From: Octopus bimaculoides
Taxonomy: Eukaryota
Direction: 5' to 3'
Assembly (NCBI RefSeq): GCF_001194135.2
Contig: NC_068988.1
Span: 61,881,613 to 61,945,612 of the forward strand
Length of the DNA stretch: 64,000 bases
Below, piece after piece: positions 1-11,210 of the stretch (position 1 is the first letter of the stretch; the number at the start of each line of letters is the position of its first letter). The notes under the pieces were generated by a model. That model saw only the letters and a list, made by a program, of their open reading frames with translations. It ran no database searches and was not told where the DNA came from. The position numbers were made by a program, and so were the translations under genes.

Positions 1-1
1 A

Positions 2-121
2 AGTCGAAAGGAATAGGATATTATACATGAACGGAAAAGCAATAACGACATTATAATTAAAGAAGCAGATAAGGGAGGTTCAATAGTTACTATGGATTTT
101 GAACACTACGAAAAAGATTAA
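2..121 (+). mobile_element. Penelope-like element (PLE) reverse transcriptase N-terminal fragment, decayed
   Basis: Frame 2 translates SRKE*DIIHERKSNNDIIIKEADKGGSIVTMDFEHYEKD*, matching the IIIK(P/E)ADKGG..V.MD motif typical of PLE ORFs; one internal stop. Confidence 0.8.
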
Positions 122-528
122 ACTTGGTGTACCTTGGTTATAACTAAACATTTTCACTCAAATACATTGGCATTCTTTTTAGGCGCAAAATTTACTGCCA
201 CGTGACACTAACGCACGGACGTAGCAGTAAAAGCACAAAAAATTATAAACCTAACCATGTGTCCATTGACAGAAGACATGCAGTGCATTGATTTTTGGGA
301 ATAGTTCAGTCAACTGTGTCAGGCTAAACTTACGATGCCAAACATCGTCACTTGATACTATCACACGGACGTAGCGGAGAATCCACAAAAAGAACAGACA
401 TGTGACTATCTTCTACCAATCAAATCCTGTTCGAAACATATACTAATTTGAACCCTATGAAAACAGTACAAACGTCAAATTCTTGTCAGAAGCAAGATAG
501 CTGCGATGAAATCCACGTCTTTCTATTT

Positions 529-574
529 GAACTTTTTGAAAATCAGTGTAAACTGTGAAACCGGTTAAGGCTTC
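529..574 (+). ncRNA. Degenerate minimal type I hammerhead-like motif in a probable PLE terminal repeat
   Basis: GAACTTT-TTGAAAA-TCAG(TGTAAA)CTGT-GAA-ACCGGT-T-AAGGCTTC: imperfect stem I, stem II hairpin and palindromic stem III. The core has 2 mismatches to CUGANGA. It lies about 400 bp downstream of the PLE RT relic. Confidence 0.35.
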
Positions 575-978
575 AAATATATTAATAATAGAAAATAGTT
601 TAACTATTCTCAGTGCATTTTCAAATTCTATTTTTCCTATATATATATAGTCGGGACATGAGCAAATGAAATTACTGGATATTTCCTTGCTGTGGAAGTA
701 TATCCAGTGAGTAAAATTAGAGCGAATAGGTCTTCGTTTTCTATCATTTAACTCGCTAATAAGTACGCAATTTCGGAAGATGTGTTGTGTTTGTATCTTT
801 AGGATGGACTATAAATACCAGTGTTCAATTTATGGTTGACTTCGTCAGAAACATACAATTGCTAGGTACAATATCTTGTGTTTCCTAATTGGAGTTTTAA
901 GATATTAATTATTTAATGTCTTTTATTCGAATACTTAATACTTAAGTATTCGAATACTTAATAATTAAGAAGCGAGTA

Positions 979-1480
979 TTTTTTTTTTTTTTTTTTTTTT
1001 TTTGTGTAGCAACATTTTTCCAGTTTCTTGATCGATTGTAATTCAGACTGCCTCATGGCTTCAATAGACAAAATGGAAATGGCATGTCCCCGGAGGATGG
1101 AGAGGGAGATGCGCTGGAGGAATCACTGTGAATCTCTGGGCTCGCATTTGCGGTAGCCATTTTCGTCCAAATAGTGGCGATCAGAGATATGTTTCGGCGG
1201 TTTTATAGCCCTGCTTGTCTCCGCAATCACAGACTCGTGCATAAACCGGTCAGTTAGTGACTGCTACTTTGACAGTCTGCTTTTCTCAACTCACTTAGTA
1301 GCTGAGAAGGTGTTACACTATGTGACATCTCAGTTGAGGGGCCTACCGCCACGGAGCAGGAAAACCGTCACAGTGAGGCGTTTTACCGTTGGCCCTGTCA
1401 AGTCCCGCTGGCTCGAGCTGGGAAGAAAAAGCTTAGGTGTCTAAGACATGCATCTAAGTATTCATTGGCACAGCTTAACT
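979..1480 (-). mobile_element. 5'-truncated CRE-clade-like non-LTR retrotransposon 3' end (restriction-like endonuclease domain relic) with poly(A) tail
   Basis: Minus-strand translation across frameshifts and stops gives QLEPAGLDRANGK / KRLTVTVFLLRGGRPLN*DVT*CNTFS / EPRDSQ*FLQRISLSILRGHAISIL, resembling the LEP.GL...DGKRPDG...WDVT and QRLSIAIQRGNA motifs. T25 at 979-1003 is the poly(A) tail on the minus strand. Confidence 0.75.
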
Positions 1481-1548
1481 CTCGCCCTCTCTCATTAGAA
1501 ATATGTGTTAGTGTATGTGAGTCTGTAATAGTAGTAGTAATTGAGCTA

Positions 1549-1885
1549 GGGCCTGGCACAGTGGTTCGAGCGTCGGGCTCACAACCGTAAGTTAGTGAGT
1601 TCGATTCTCAGACCGGGCTGTATGTGTTCTTGAGCAAGGAACTTTATTTCACGTTGTTCTAGTTTCCACAGCTCTAGAAGTGAGTTGCGACACCACTGGT
1701 GCCAAGCTGTATCGGGCTTTGCCTTTCCTTTGGATAACATCGGTTGCATGGAGAAGGGAAGGCTGGTACGCATTGACAACTGCTGTTCTTCCATAAGCAA
1801 ACTTGCACGGACTTGTGCCTCGGAGGGTAACTTTCAAGGAGCAATCCTACGGTCATTCATGATCGAATGAGGTCTTTATCCAGTT
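1549..1885 (+). mobile_element. tRNA-derived SINE (family C: tRNA head, conserved core, LINE-like tail)
   Basis: A box TGGCACAGTGG and B box GAGTTCGATTC, followed by TGTGTTCTTGAGCAAGGAACTTTATTTCAC, which is shared with the copy at 19495-19810. Confidence 0.8.
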
Positions 1886-3454
1886 GCAGTGTTATAACAC
1901 GTCCGTGTGGTAGAGGCTCAAACTTACTCGGCTCTCTTTCTTTCCTCTCTATCTTATTTTCTGCCGCTACCTTTCTCCCAGTTAAACCACACTTATACGC
2001 AGTGTGTATTTGATCTACCATGCTTTCGTTAAATAATGTACATACATCATAAAGTGCTACGTCACTACATTATATAAGTACCCTCCAAAATAACATGTAA
2101 CAGGAAATTGTAGAATGCTGGCTCTGACGTCATAGAGCATTAAGTGATGTTACGCATACTGTTATTTCATTGAGTTTATGAATTTCAGTAACTATAGTTG
2201 TTAAAGTCTCCTTTTAGTCCATAAAACGTTATTTACAGACAATCATTTGAGACATTGTGCTGATTATCAATTAGATAAAATATCAGAAATGTGCAATTGG
2301 AGATTCAGATGCTAATTTCGGGTGAGAACCGAGAGTACATAGACTTCAAGTTTTTTTTCTTTTATATGCGTGCGTTTATCTACACACATAAGAAGATATA
2401 CAGGCACACACATACATGTATACACATATATTTGATATCGATAATAACTATGATGTTTATGAGCGTTTGGAAATAAAATCGTGTAGTCTTAATGCTTCAG
2501 TCATTTGATATTTCCATTTACGTTTGCAAACATTGCTATTTACCAAAACGTGTGGCAATGGCTTCCTTCCGTATTTTTTAATATCTTTGCATCAAATTTC
2601 GTGAATATATTTACGAAGAGTAACACAACTCCTGCTTCGTAATATTTGTTTTAATGATTATTATCGTCATAAAGAACTCATATAACAATATCTTCAAGCA
2701 ATACTGATTCCATATTCATCACTTTCTAAATTGTCAAATGTACAATATTCTATCGGAAGCGAAGTAAATGGATTGTTAAAAAGTTCGCTGGAGATCCATG
2801 TTTTTTTTCGATTTAATTTCCGTTGTGAGAACATCCAGCAATAATTTTTAATATATAATATATATAATATATATAATTATATATATATATATATATATGA
2901 GCTAAAGTGTTTTTTTTCAGTTATTGAACGTTCTGCTTCCGAGTAGGTCATATCCCTAATTTCGGGGTTCCTTGTACAAATTTATAAATGATAAGAGTGA
3001 AGATGGTAGTCTAAATAGCAATCATCATCACAGCAATTTTTATTAGCTGATATTTTGCAAATAGGTTATTTCTACTTATCTTCAGCAAGAAATATAACAT
3101 ATTTACGGTGAAGGCGAGGTGCATAAACAAAGACTTTTCGTATCTCAATGGTTCGATGAAAAAGCTCCGAGAGATTAAGTTCCGAAGAACAAAAAAAAAA
3201 AATGCAATGAGGTAAATTTCGTTCATGAAACCTTTAAATGCGCTGCACCGTCCTTGCCGCAATCCAGCACCTGTAGCAACTAAAAAAATAGTGGAAAGTA
3301 ATTTATATAGACTCTCGCCAAATTACAGAAATTCAACTATTTATTCATATTTTCTATATAACGACCATGTCAACCAGTGAGAATGTGTTTTCTTCATTCT
3401 TCTTTTCTCTTATGCGACACATTTATATATAGGTATAGTTGTGGCTGCGGTATG

Positions 3455-3550
3455 ACAAATTTGCTTTATAATTACATGGATACGGGTTCAGTTCCACAGC
3501 TTGGCACATTGTTCAAGTGCCTTTTACTATGTCCTGAGGCCGACAAAAGA
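3455..3550 (+). mobile_element. tRNA-derived SINE family B, 5' fragment
   Basis: GGGTTCAGTTCCACAGCTTGGCACATTGTTCAAGTGCCTTTTACTATGTCCTGAGGCCGAC is similar to the copies at 32735-33190 and 48640-49380. Confidence 0.65.
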
Positions 3551-3555
3551 ATTAT

Positions 3556-3757
3556 AAAATCTTTTTGGTATATAAACATTGTATTTTCAGAAATAACCGG
3601 TTTCGTGTTGTCTTTTCAAATTTCTCTACTTCATTGTAACATGTTCGCTCCAGTCTGAGATGGAGCGAACAGGTTACAATGAAGTAGAGAAATCTGAAAA
3701 GACAACACGAAACCGGTTATTTCTCAAAATACAATGTTTATATACCAAAAAGATTTT
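3556..3757. repeat. Near-perfect inverted repeat (97-bp arms, 8-nt spacer, 3 mismatches)
   Basis: Base-by-base comparison shows 3556-3652 is the reverse complement of 3661-3757 except at three positions. Confidence 0.97.
3687..3725 (+). ncRNA. Minimal type I hammerhead-ribozyme-like motif (right arm; inverted copy at 3588-3626)
   Basis: GAGAAAT-CTGAAAA-G(ACAACA)C-GAA-ACCGGT-T-ATTTCTC: perfect 7-bp stem I, 1-bp stem II and palindromic stem III. The core differs from CUGANGA only at G8, and the cleavage triplet would be GUU. Confidence 0.6.
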
Positions 3758-4784
3758 CTAACATTTTTCTAACATTTTTCTGACATAATTTAAATATATA
3801 CTTTAACCATGTAACACAAGCCTTCTGTAGTTTTTTCACTCGTATTATCTTTTATACATCCAACCACGTGCTTTCACATACCAGCTTTCTCTCNNNNNNN
3901 NNNNNNNNNNNNNNNNNNNNNNNNNNNNNNNNNNNNNNNNNNNNNNNNNNNNNNNNNNNNNNNNNNNNNNNNNNNNNNNNNNNNNNNNNNNNNNNNNNNN
4001 NNNNNNNNNNNNNNNNNNNNNNNNNNNNNNNNNNNNNNNNNNNNNNNNNNNNNNNNNNNNNNNNNNNNNNNNNNNNNNNNNNNNNNNNNNNNNNNNNNNN
4101 NNNNNNNNNNNNNNNNNNNNNNNNNNNNNNNNNNNNNNNNNNNNNNNNNNNNNNNNNNNNNNNNNNNNNNNNNNNNNNNNNNNNNNNNNNNNNNNNNNNN
4201 NNNNNNNNNNNNNNNNNNNNNNNNNNNNNNNNNNNNNNNNNNNNNNNNNNNNNNNNNNNNNNNNNNNNNNNNNNNNNNNNNNNNNNNNNNNNNNNNNNNN
4301 NNNNNNNNNNNNNNNNNNNNNNNNNNNNNNNNNNNNNNNNNNNNNNNNNNNNNNNNNNNNNNNNNNNNNNNNNNNNNNNNNNNNNNNNNNNNNNNNNNNN
4401 NNNNNNNNNNNNNNNNNNNNNNNNNNNNNNNNNNNNNNNNNNNNNNNNNNNNNNNNNNNNNNNNNNNNNNNNNNNNNNNNNNNNNNNNNNNNNNNNNNNN
4501 NNNNNNNNNNNNNNNNNNNNNNNNNNNNNNNNNNNNNNNNNNNNNNNNNNNNNNNNNNNNNNNNNNNNNNNNNNNNNNNNNNNNNNNNNNNNNNNNNNNN
4601 NNNNNNNNNNNNNNNNNNNNNNNNNNNNNNNNNNNNNNNNNNNNNNNNNNNNNNNNNNNNNNNNNNNNNNNNNNNNNNNNNNNNNNNNNNNNNNNNNNNN
4701 NNNNNNNNNNNNNNNNNNNNNNNNNNNNNNNNNNNNNNNNNNNNNNNNNNNNNNNNNNNNNNNNNNNNNNNNNNNNNNNNNNNN

Positions 4785-4844
<60 letters not shown>

Positions 4845-6654
4845 TGTGTATGTACGCTTCCATATGTATATACACATGCACCATTGCATATGTATGTCTA
4901 TAAATGTATGGATGCATATACGTATTGCTGTATGTATGGAGATAGGGTCACACTCACAAAAACACACATACACTTATATGTGTGTCTTTGTGTGCGTGCA
5001 AATGAATATCGTTACATGTCATTACATTCACGCATTTTTTGCAACGTTTTATGACTTTTATATAGAATTTTATTTGCTTCATAAATTTTTTATATTTAAT
5101 TAATTATTACAATTAATTTTAATTACTTGATATTTAAATGTGGGCATTCAGTGATGACTATGGCTGCCACATTTCTCTCTTTCTCATGGATTTTATAATA
5201 TAATATTAATTAACCTATGCAGAAACACATAAGAAAAGCACAAAGGCATAAAACAAACTCATTCAAGAAATACGCACCAGGCCACAAGCGCCATTATGTC
5301 TCGCTTTTCGGATGTGGTGACGATAAGTAAAATACAATCGACATTGAGGCCACTATAAGTCTCAATGAAAAGCACAAACCAAATTAGGGGTGTAATGGGA
5401 ACAGCAAAATGAAATGACTTTTGACCACGTCTCTTAGTCTCGATTTAATTTTTAACCAACATGATAAATCATTAGCATTTTAATTAACCCCTATTTTTTA
5501 TCCACGGAAAGATTCAGAGATATAAAAGTTTTAAGCTACAAATATGACAAGGGAAATTTCATCATGAATATTATCTCTATGAATAACAAGTGGTTATGCC
5601 TTTACTAACATAATTTAGTTATCCGTACAATTCAATTAAGGAAATTAAATATATAGCCAGTAGGAAATATTAACTAGCTCAATGATTAATTCTCGACAAG
5701 AATGTCTGGAAAGATATCAATGAAATTGTAATAATTTAAAACTAATTAAAATTTGAAGTGGGTATTTTCCCTAATGAGTGGCAAATACCGTGACTTAACT
5801 CTTACACGTTTCTGTTTTATTACAGCTTCTCAGAGTATAATATTATTTATTAGTACTTGACAGATGTGTTTTCATAGCTGAGCTAGAACATGTTAGAAAA
5901 TTAAAAGCATAGAGCCAGTCATGTGTAACTTAATCTCATAAGAGTTCAGCCATTTTTTTCATAGGATATTCCTTTTATGTCCAACAAGATCTTCTAAACG
6001 GTTTCTGTATATTAATAGAACACAACTCAGAAAGCATCGACTAATGTGGGGCACCTGCTAAAGTCACTTGCCCAGTGTACAATGCAGCGGAAGAGCATTC
6101 ATCATCACAAGATCGTAAAATGATTTACTTAACCACATAGAAAAAAACGTCTCAACCTGAGTCTATTTTGGAGATACTTGCTCAAGAGGCAACACAGTGG
6201 AATGAAGCACAAATCATTACTCAAAAAAAGTAAACTTGATAACTACGCAACCACGCTTATATAACATAGATGAGACGATTCTAAATGTGAAAATGTCACG
6301 TCCTTGTTTTAATATATTTTAGTATAAGCCACTGGGAGAGGCTATATTTTTCTGTATTTTAAGACATTACTTGAATGTATGCTACAAACTGTTATGTATG
6401 CTACATATAATATAAAAGATTGCCTTAACTGCTACGTCACTTGTATTGAGAAGAGCATTGTCGCTGTGAATTGTATTTCCTTTTTCCCCCTTTATTTTCT
6501 TTGTTTATTTTTTCATGTTTTTTCTTTCTCTTCTTTCTCTATTACCTGACTTTGAAAATCAACAATCTGGGGTCTTTCTTTCAATGGCCTACCAATGTAT
6601 AAAAGTGAGTTTCTCTACCTTAGACATCAGGAAGAAACTCAGCAAGAATATATC

Positions 6655-6777
6655 TACCCCGAAAGGGTGAAAGGAAAAGTCGACCTTGGCTGAATTTGGA
6701 CTCAGAGCATAAAGATGGACAAAATCCCGTTAAGTATTTTAACCGGCATGCTAAAGATCCTGCCAGCTCGCTGCCTT
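6655..6777 (-). mobile_element. tRNA-derived SINE family A fragment
   Basis: Reverse complement of the GGCGGCGAGCTGGCAG...GTTCAAATTCCGCCGAGGTCGACTTTGCCTTTCATCC family repeated more than 20 times in the window. Confidence 0.75.
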
Positions 6778-6797
6778 AATAATAATGATAAAGTTAA

Positions 6798-7156
6798 TAA
6801 CACAAGCACTCAGAGAGTGCAAACCTCCGCCAACGCAAGACCAACGTCCTCTTAACAATTAGCCAGAGATGATTTTAAAATGGGAATATCTAAAATAAAC
6901 TCGGCTGCTGTCACAAACAAGAATACTAGAAATGAAACCGATCGCTCCCAAAAATTAAGTAAAATATCAGGAAAAATAGCCCACAAACCTTGTCCGGTAC
7001 TGGATCGATCCCAACATCTAATCATTTCGTTCCGGTCACAAGGCCAAACATCCCTGAAAGTTTCATCCGAATCTATGCAGCGATTCTCGAAATATTTTGT
7101 CCAAGGAGAAACAAGCTAACGCGTCTGAAAACAATACCTCTGCCTTCGGTAAGCAG

Positions 7157-7163
<7 letters not shown>
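6798..7163 (+). mobile_element. Helentron-like non-autonomous element (HINE/DINE-1-like), copy 1
   Basis: 5' subterminal ACCTCCGC (6823-6830), 3' hairpin TACCTCTGC-CTTCGGTAA-GCAGTGGTA (7135-7161) and an internal AAAGTTTCATCCGAATC block; colinear with copy 2 at 38832-39424. Confidence 0.65.
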
Positions 7164-7236
<73 letters not shown>

Positions 7237-7244
7237 GTAATAAT
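7160..7244. repeat. (AAT)n microsatellite
   Basis: About 25 AAT units seen directly. Confidence 0.98.
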
Positions 7245-7466
7245 TTTAAAAATATTCAGACAAATACATAACAAAAATACCAGGACTTACAAATATTTAT
7301 AACATATAGAACATTGCACTACTGGGTACTGCACACATTCTACGCAAAACACTTTCAATACAGTAAACATAAGAGCACCACAGCAAACCACAGCACATAC
7401 CCAAGGCGCACAGAGCTGCGCTCGGTAGTGAAGTGAAAGCACGTTATAAAAATAAAACTACTGAAC
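7245..7466 (+). mobile_element. 5'-truncated R4/Dong-clade non-LTR retrotransposon 3' end
   Basis: 7250-7366 translates KYSDKYITKIPGLTNIYNI*NIALLGTAHILRKTLSIQ*, matching the R4/Dong C-terminal QKAALLGTA.ILRK motif. A ~100-nt 3' UTR follows, and (AAT)n flanks both sides. Confidence 0.8.
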
Positions 7467-7779
7467 AATAATAATAATAATAATAATTATACTAATACTA
7501 ATTTCCGCCAATATTTTGCGCAGCTGTAGCTAAAACAAAGCTATCTATTGTTTAAATAGTCATTCATTATCCTATGTGACGTCATAAACATCAATAGTTA
7601 CAGCAACACCGATACCAATGACAACTACAAAGCCAACCCTGAAAAGATTATCGTTTTAGTCATTGAAAACAAAGTACGAACTGTAGTATTTTTATTTTCG
7701 ATCTATCATTTCTTTTTTCTTTTGCCTACTTACCCAAAAATTATAAGTTTCAGTGATATCACCATCATTATCCTCGTAG

Positions 7780-8220
7780 TTGCCAAACCAGCATCACCAA
7801 CGCCACTAAAATGTAACATCACCTCGAGCTCCCAGACCAAAACTAAAAATGAAAAGAAGCATCGTCATGAACATTAACGTGATCATCAGGGCAGTCGTCA
7901 ACATCGTCAGTTTTCACCAACATCATCGTAATCATCATCATCGTCAGCGTCATCATCATCATTACCACCATAGCTATCATCATAAGTAGCATCAAGAGAG
8001 TTTTTGTCGCCATCGTCATCATCCTCGTCATCATCAATACCGTCATCCTTGCTGTCATCGTCGTCCTACCCATCTTCCTCCACCTTCCTTCCTCCTCCCC
8101 TTTACTTCCTATTCATCTACTTCCTCCTCGTTCTTCTAGCCCACCTAATTCTCCCCATCCTCGTCCTCCTCCACCACAATCATTATCGTTGTCGTCGTCG
8201 TAAATATCATCATCTTTGAA
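7780..8220. repeat. Low-complexity (CAT/CGT/CCT)-rich trinucleotide tract
   Basis: Degenerate ATC/GTC/CTC repeats that produce spurious poly-M/S/D ORFs. Confidence 0.85.
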
Positions 8221-9568
8221 GAGACAGTCATTGAGTAAACAAAACATACCTGAAATAGTAAGCATTAGCAGAGCGTATACACACACGCACGCGCACACAC
8301 ATGCACACACACACACACATACACACACACACAAGCACATATTCCTATTTCTATCTATCTATCTATAAAATTTTCAAATATATATATATATATACACACA
8401 CATATATGTTTGTGTGTATGTGTGTGTATATATATATATGTGTATATATATATATATATANNNNNNNNNNNNNNNNNNNNNNNNNNNNNNNNNNNNNNNN
8501 NNNNNNNNNNNNNNNNNNNNNNNNNNNNNNNNNNNNNNNNNNNNNNNNNNNNNNNNNNNNNNNNNNNNNNNNNNNNNNNNNNNNNNNNNNNNNNNNNNNN
8601 NNNNNNNNNNNNNNNNNNNNNNNNNNNNNNNNNNNNNNNNNNNNNNNNNNNNNNNNNNNNNNNNNNNNNNNNNNNNNNNNNNNNNNNNNNNNNNNNNNNN
8701 NNNNNNNNNNNNNNNNNNNNNNNNNNNNNNNNNNNNNNNNNNNNNNNNNNNNNNNNNNNNNNNNNNNNNNNNNNNNNNNNNNNNNNNNNNNNNNNNNNNN
8801 NNNNNNNNNNNNNNNNNNNNNNNNNNNNNNNNNNNNNNNNNNNNNNNNNNNNNNNNNNNNNNNNNNNNNNNNNNNNNNNNNNNNNNNNNNNNNNNNNNNN
8901 NNNNNNNNNNNNNNNNNNNNNNNNNNNNNNNNNNNNNNNNNNNNNNNNNNNNNNNNNNNNNNNNNNNNNNNNNNNNNNNNNNNNNNNNNNNNNNNNNNNN
9001 NNNNNNNNNNNNNNNNNNNNNNNNNNNNNNNNNNNNNNNNNNNNNNNNNNNNNNNNNNNNNNNNNNNNNNNNNNNNNNNNNNNNNNNNNNNNNNNNNNNN
9101 NNNNNNNNNNNNNNNNNNNNNNNNNNNNNNNNNNNNNNNNNNNNNNNNNNNNNNNNNNNNNNNNNNNNNNNNNNNNNNNNNNNNNNNNNNNNNNNNNNNN
9201 NNNNNNNNNNNNNNNNNNNNNNNNNNNNNNNNNNNNNNNNNNNNNNNNNNNNNNNNNNNNNNNNNNNNNNNNNNNNNNNNNNNNNNNNNNNNNNNNNNNN
9301 NNNNNNNNNNNNNNNNNNNNNNNNNNNNNNNNNNNNNNNNNNNNNNNNNNNNNNNNNNNNNNNNNNNNNNNNNNNNNNNNNNNNNNNNNNNNNNNNNNNN
9401 NNNNNNNNNNNNNNNNNNNNNNNNNNNNNTATATATATATATATATGTATACACACATGTATACATACATACGTATACATATACAGATACAAACAAATAT
9501 AAACATACAAATGTATGTCTGTATGTCTGTATATAAACATTTATATATGAATTCAAATGATTTTGTAC

Positions 9569-9618
<50 letters not shown>

Positions 9619-10405
9619 ATGCAAATGTTTATATACACATACACATATATATATAAGCACACACACACGCATATATATATCTGTGCGCGTTTGTGTTTCA
9701 GCTGCATATGAAGATGTGTGGACACTAGCATACCTCATACAAACCCGCTGATATCTACATAATGGTCAACAAGAGACTTAGGAACCTAATATAATTGCCA
9801 CTCCTTTAATAGTTATGATAAATTTATTCTAAATTAAACTTTCCTAAATGGCGCTACAATTGCTATAATTATATTTAAAAAACGCCACCTCCTAGATGTC
9901 TTCCATTTTCGGCGACACTGAGACGGCCATATATAGCAGTATTTTTCAGAACAGAGCTCTGTTTCTGGCGGCAAAATCCCATTTGTACGCAGCTTAAATT
10001 CTTTGCTCGCTACGTTGTCTTCATACTCATATGCAATTATGCTTATATATATACACACGCACATACATACACACAAACACTGACACATACCCCGACACAT
10101 ACTTATATATACACACGTTTGTTTCAAGTGTGTTGACCGAGGGTTTGTTACAGCCAACCAAGCATTCCACAATACTAAGGAATATTGAATGTATTTTTCA
10201 GTTTCTTTTATATATCGTGATACGAATTTCATGTAATCTTATGACAAATGAATATGCGTTATTGAGAAGGAGGCTTAAACGACTCTATGGGTTTTAGGAA
10301 TTACTACTGCCACTATTTCATTTCGAGGAAATATATAATGTATGTTAGATAAAAAACATACAGTTATATATTCAAGAGATGAGGAATTATGTACATTATT
10401 TACAG

Positions 10406-10561
10406 TATTTACATTTGACGGATATTTGTCCTCATCTTGTTTGTTGTTAACACGGGCATATAGCGCAGTGATTAAGAGCGCGATCTACTAACCCCAAGAT
10501 TCCGAGTTCGATTCAAGGCAGTGTCCTGAATAATAATAATAACAACAACAACAACAACAAC

Positions 10562-10617
<56 letters not shown>

Positions 10618-11168
10618 TAATAATAGATGCAGTACCAGACAGTGGTTCTCATGGCTTCTTATCTTAACGGATTGGAGGTGCTATCATGTATATTGCGTTG
10701 TCTTGGTATAAAAGATGGGTTATAGCAAATATTCTGCTCAATACCAGAGAAATGCTTGTCAGTTGCTTGATCTTGACCAGTTGAGCATGTCCCTTAGTGG
10801 CTGACGGTATGTGCATCTATGATCACGAGCAGAAGTAGTAGGGGAGCATCATAGTCATGTGTTGAGAGGAATTCGTTTGGATAATTTCCCTTTGGAAACA
10901 TGTGTATTTCGCTCGACGTCATCAAACAACCTTCATTCAGGGACCTTTTGAGCCGGATGGGTTACTCGAACTGGAGAAAATTCTAGCTGGACCCCACCTC
11001 CAAGGTCATGCGCTGTTTATCTTGATACGAGACCACCATGTTGTGCACATATGGTTGTGATGCATGTGTCTGGTGCACCCTTATCAGATGGGTAGTCATG
11101 ATGAGTATTTTGGACTTCGTATATTTTACCCCAGTGTCACTTTGATGGCATGCCCTGCTCTCTTACTC

Positions 11169-11210
<42 letters not shown>

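Noticed and set aside
925-955. 13-bp-arm AT-rich hairpin
   Set aside because: Short and low-complexity, and likely a local slippage product.
10454-10527. Possible tRNA gene
   Set aside because: The acceptor and T stems are broken and it continues into repeat body sequence, so it is treated as a SINE head.
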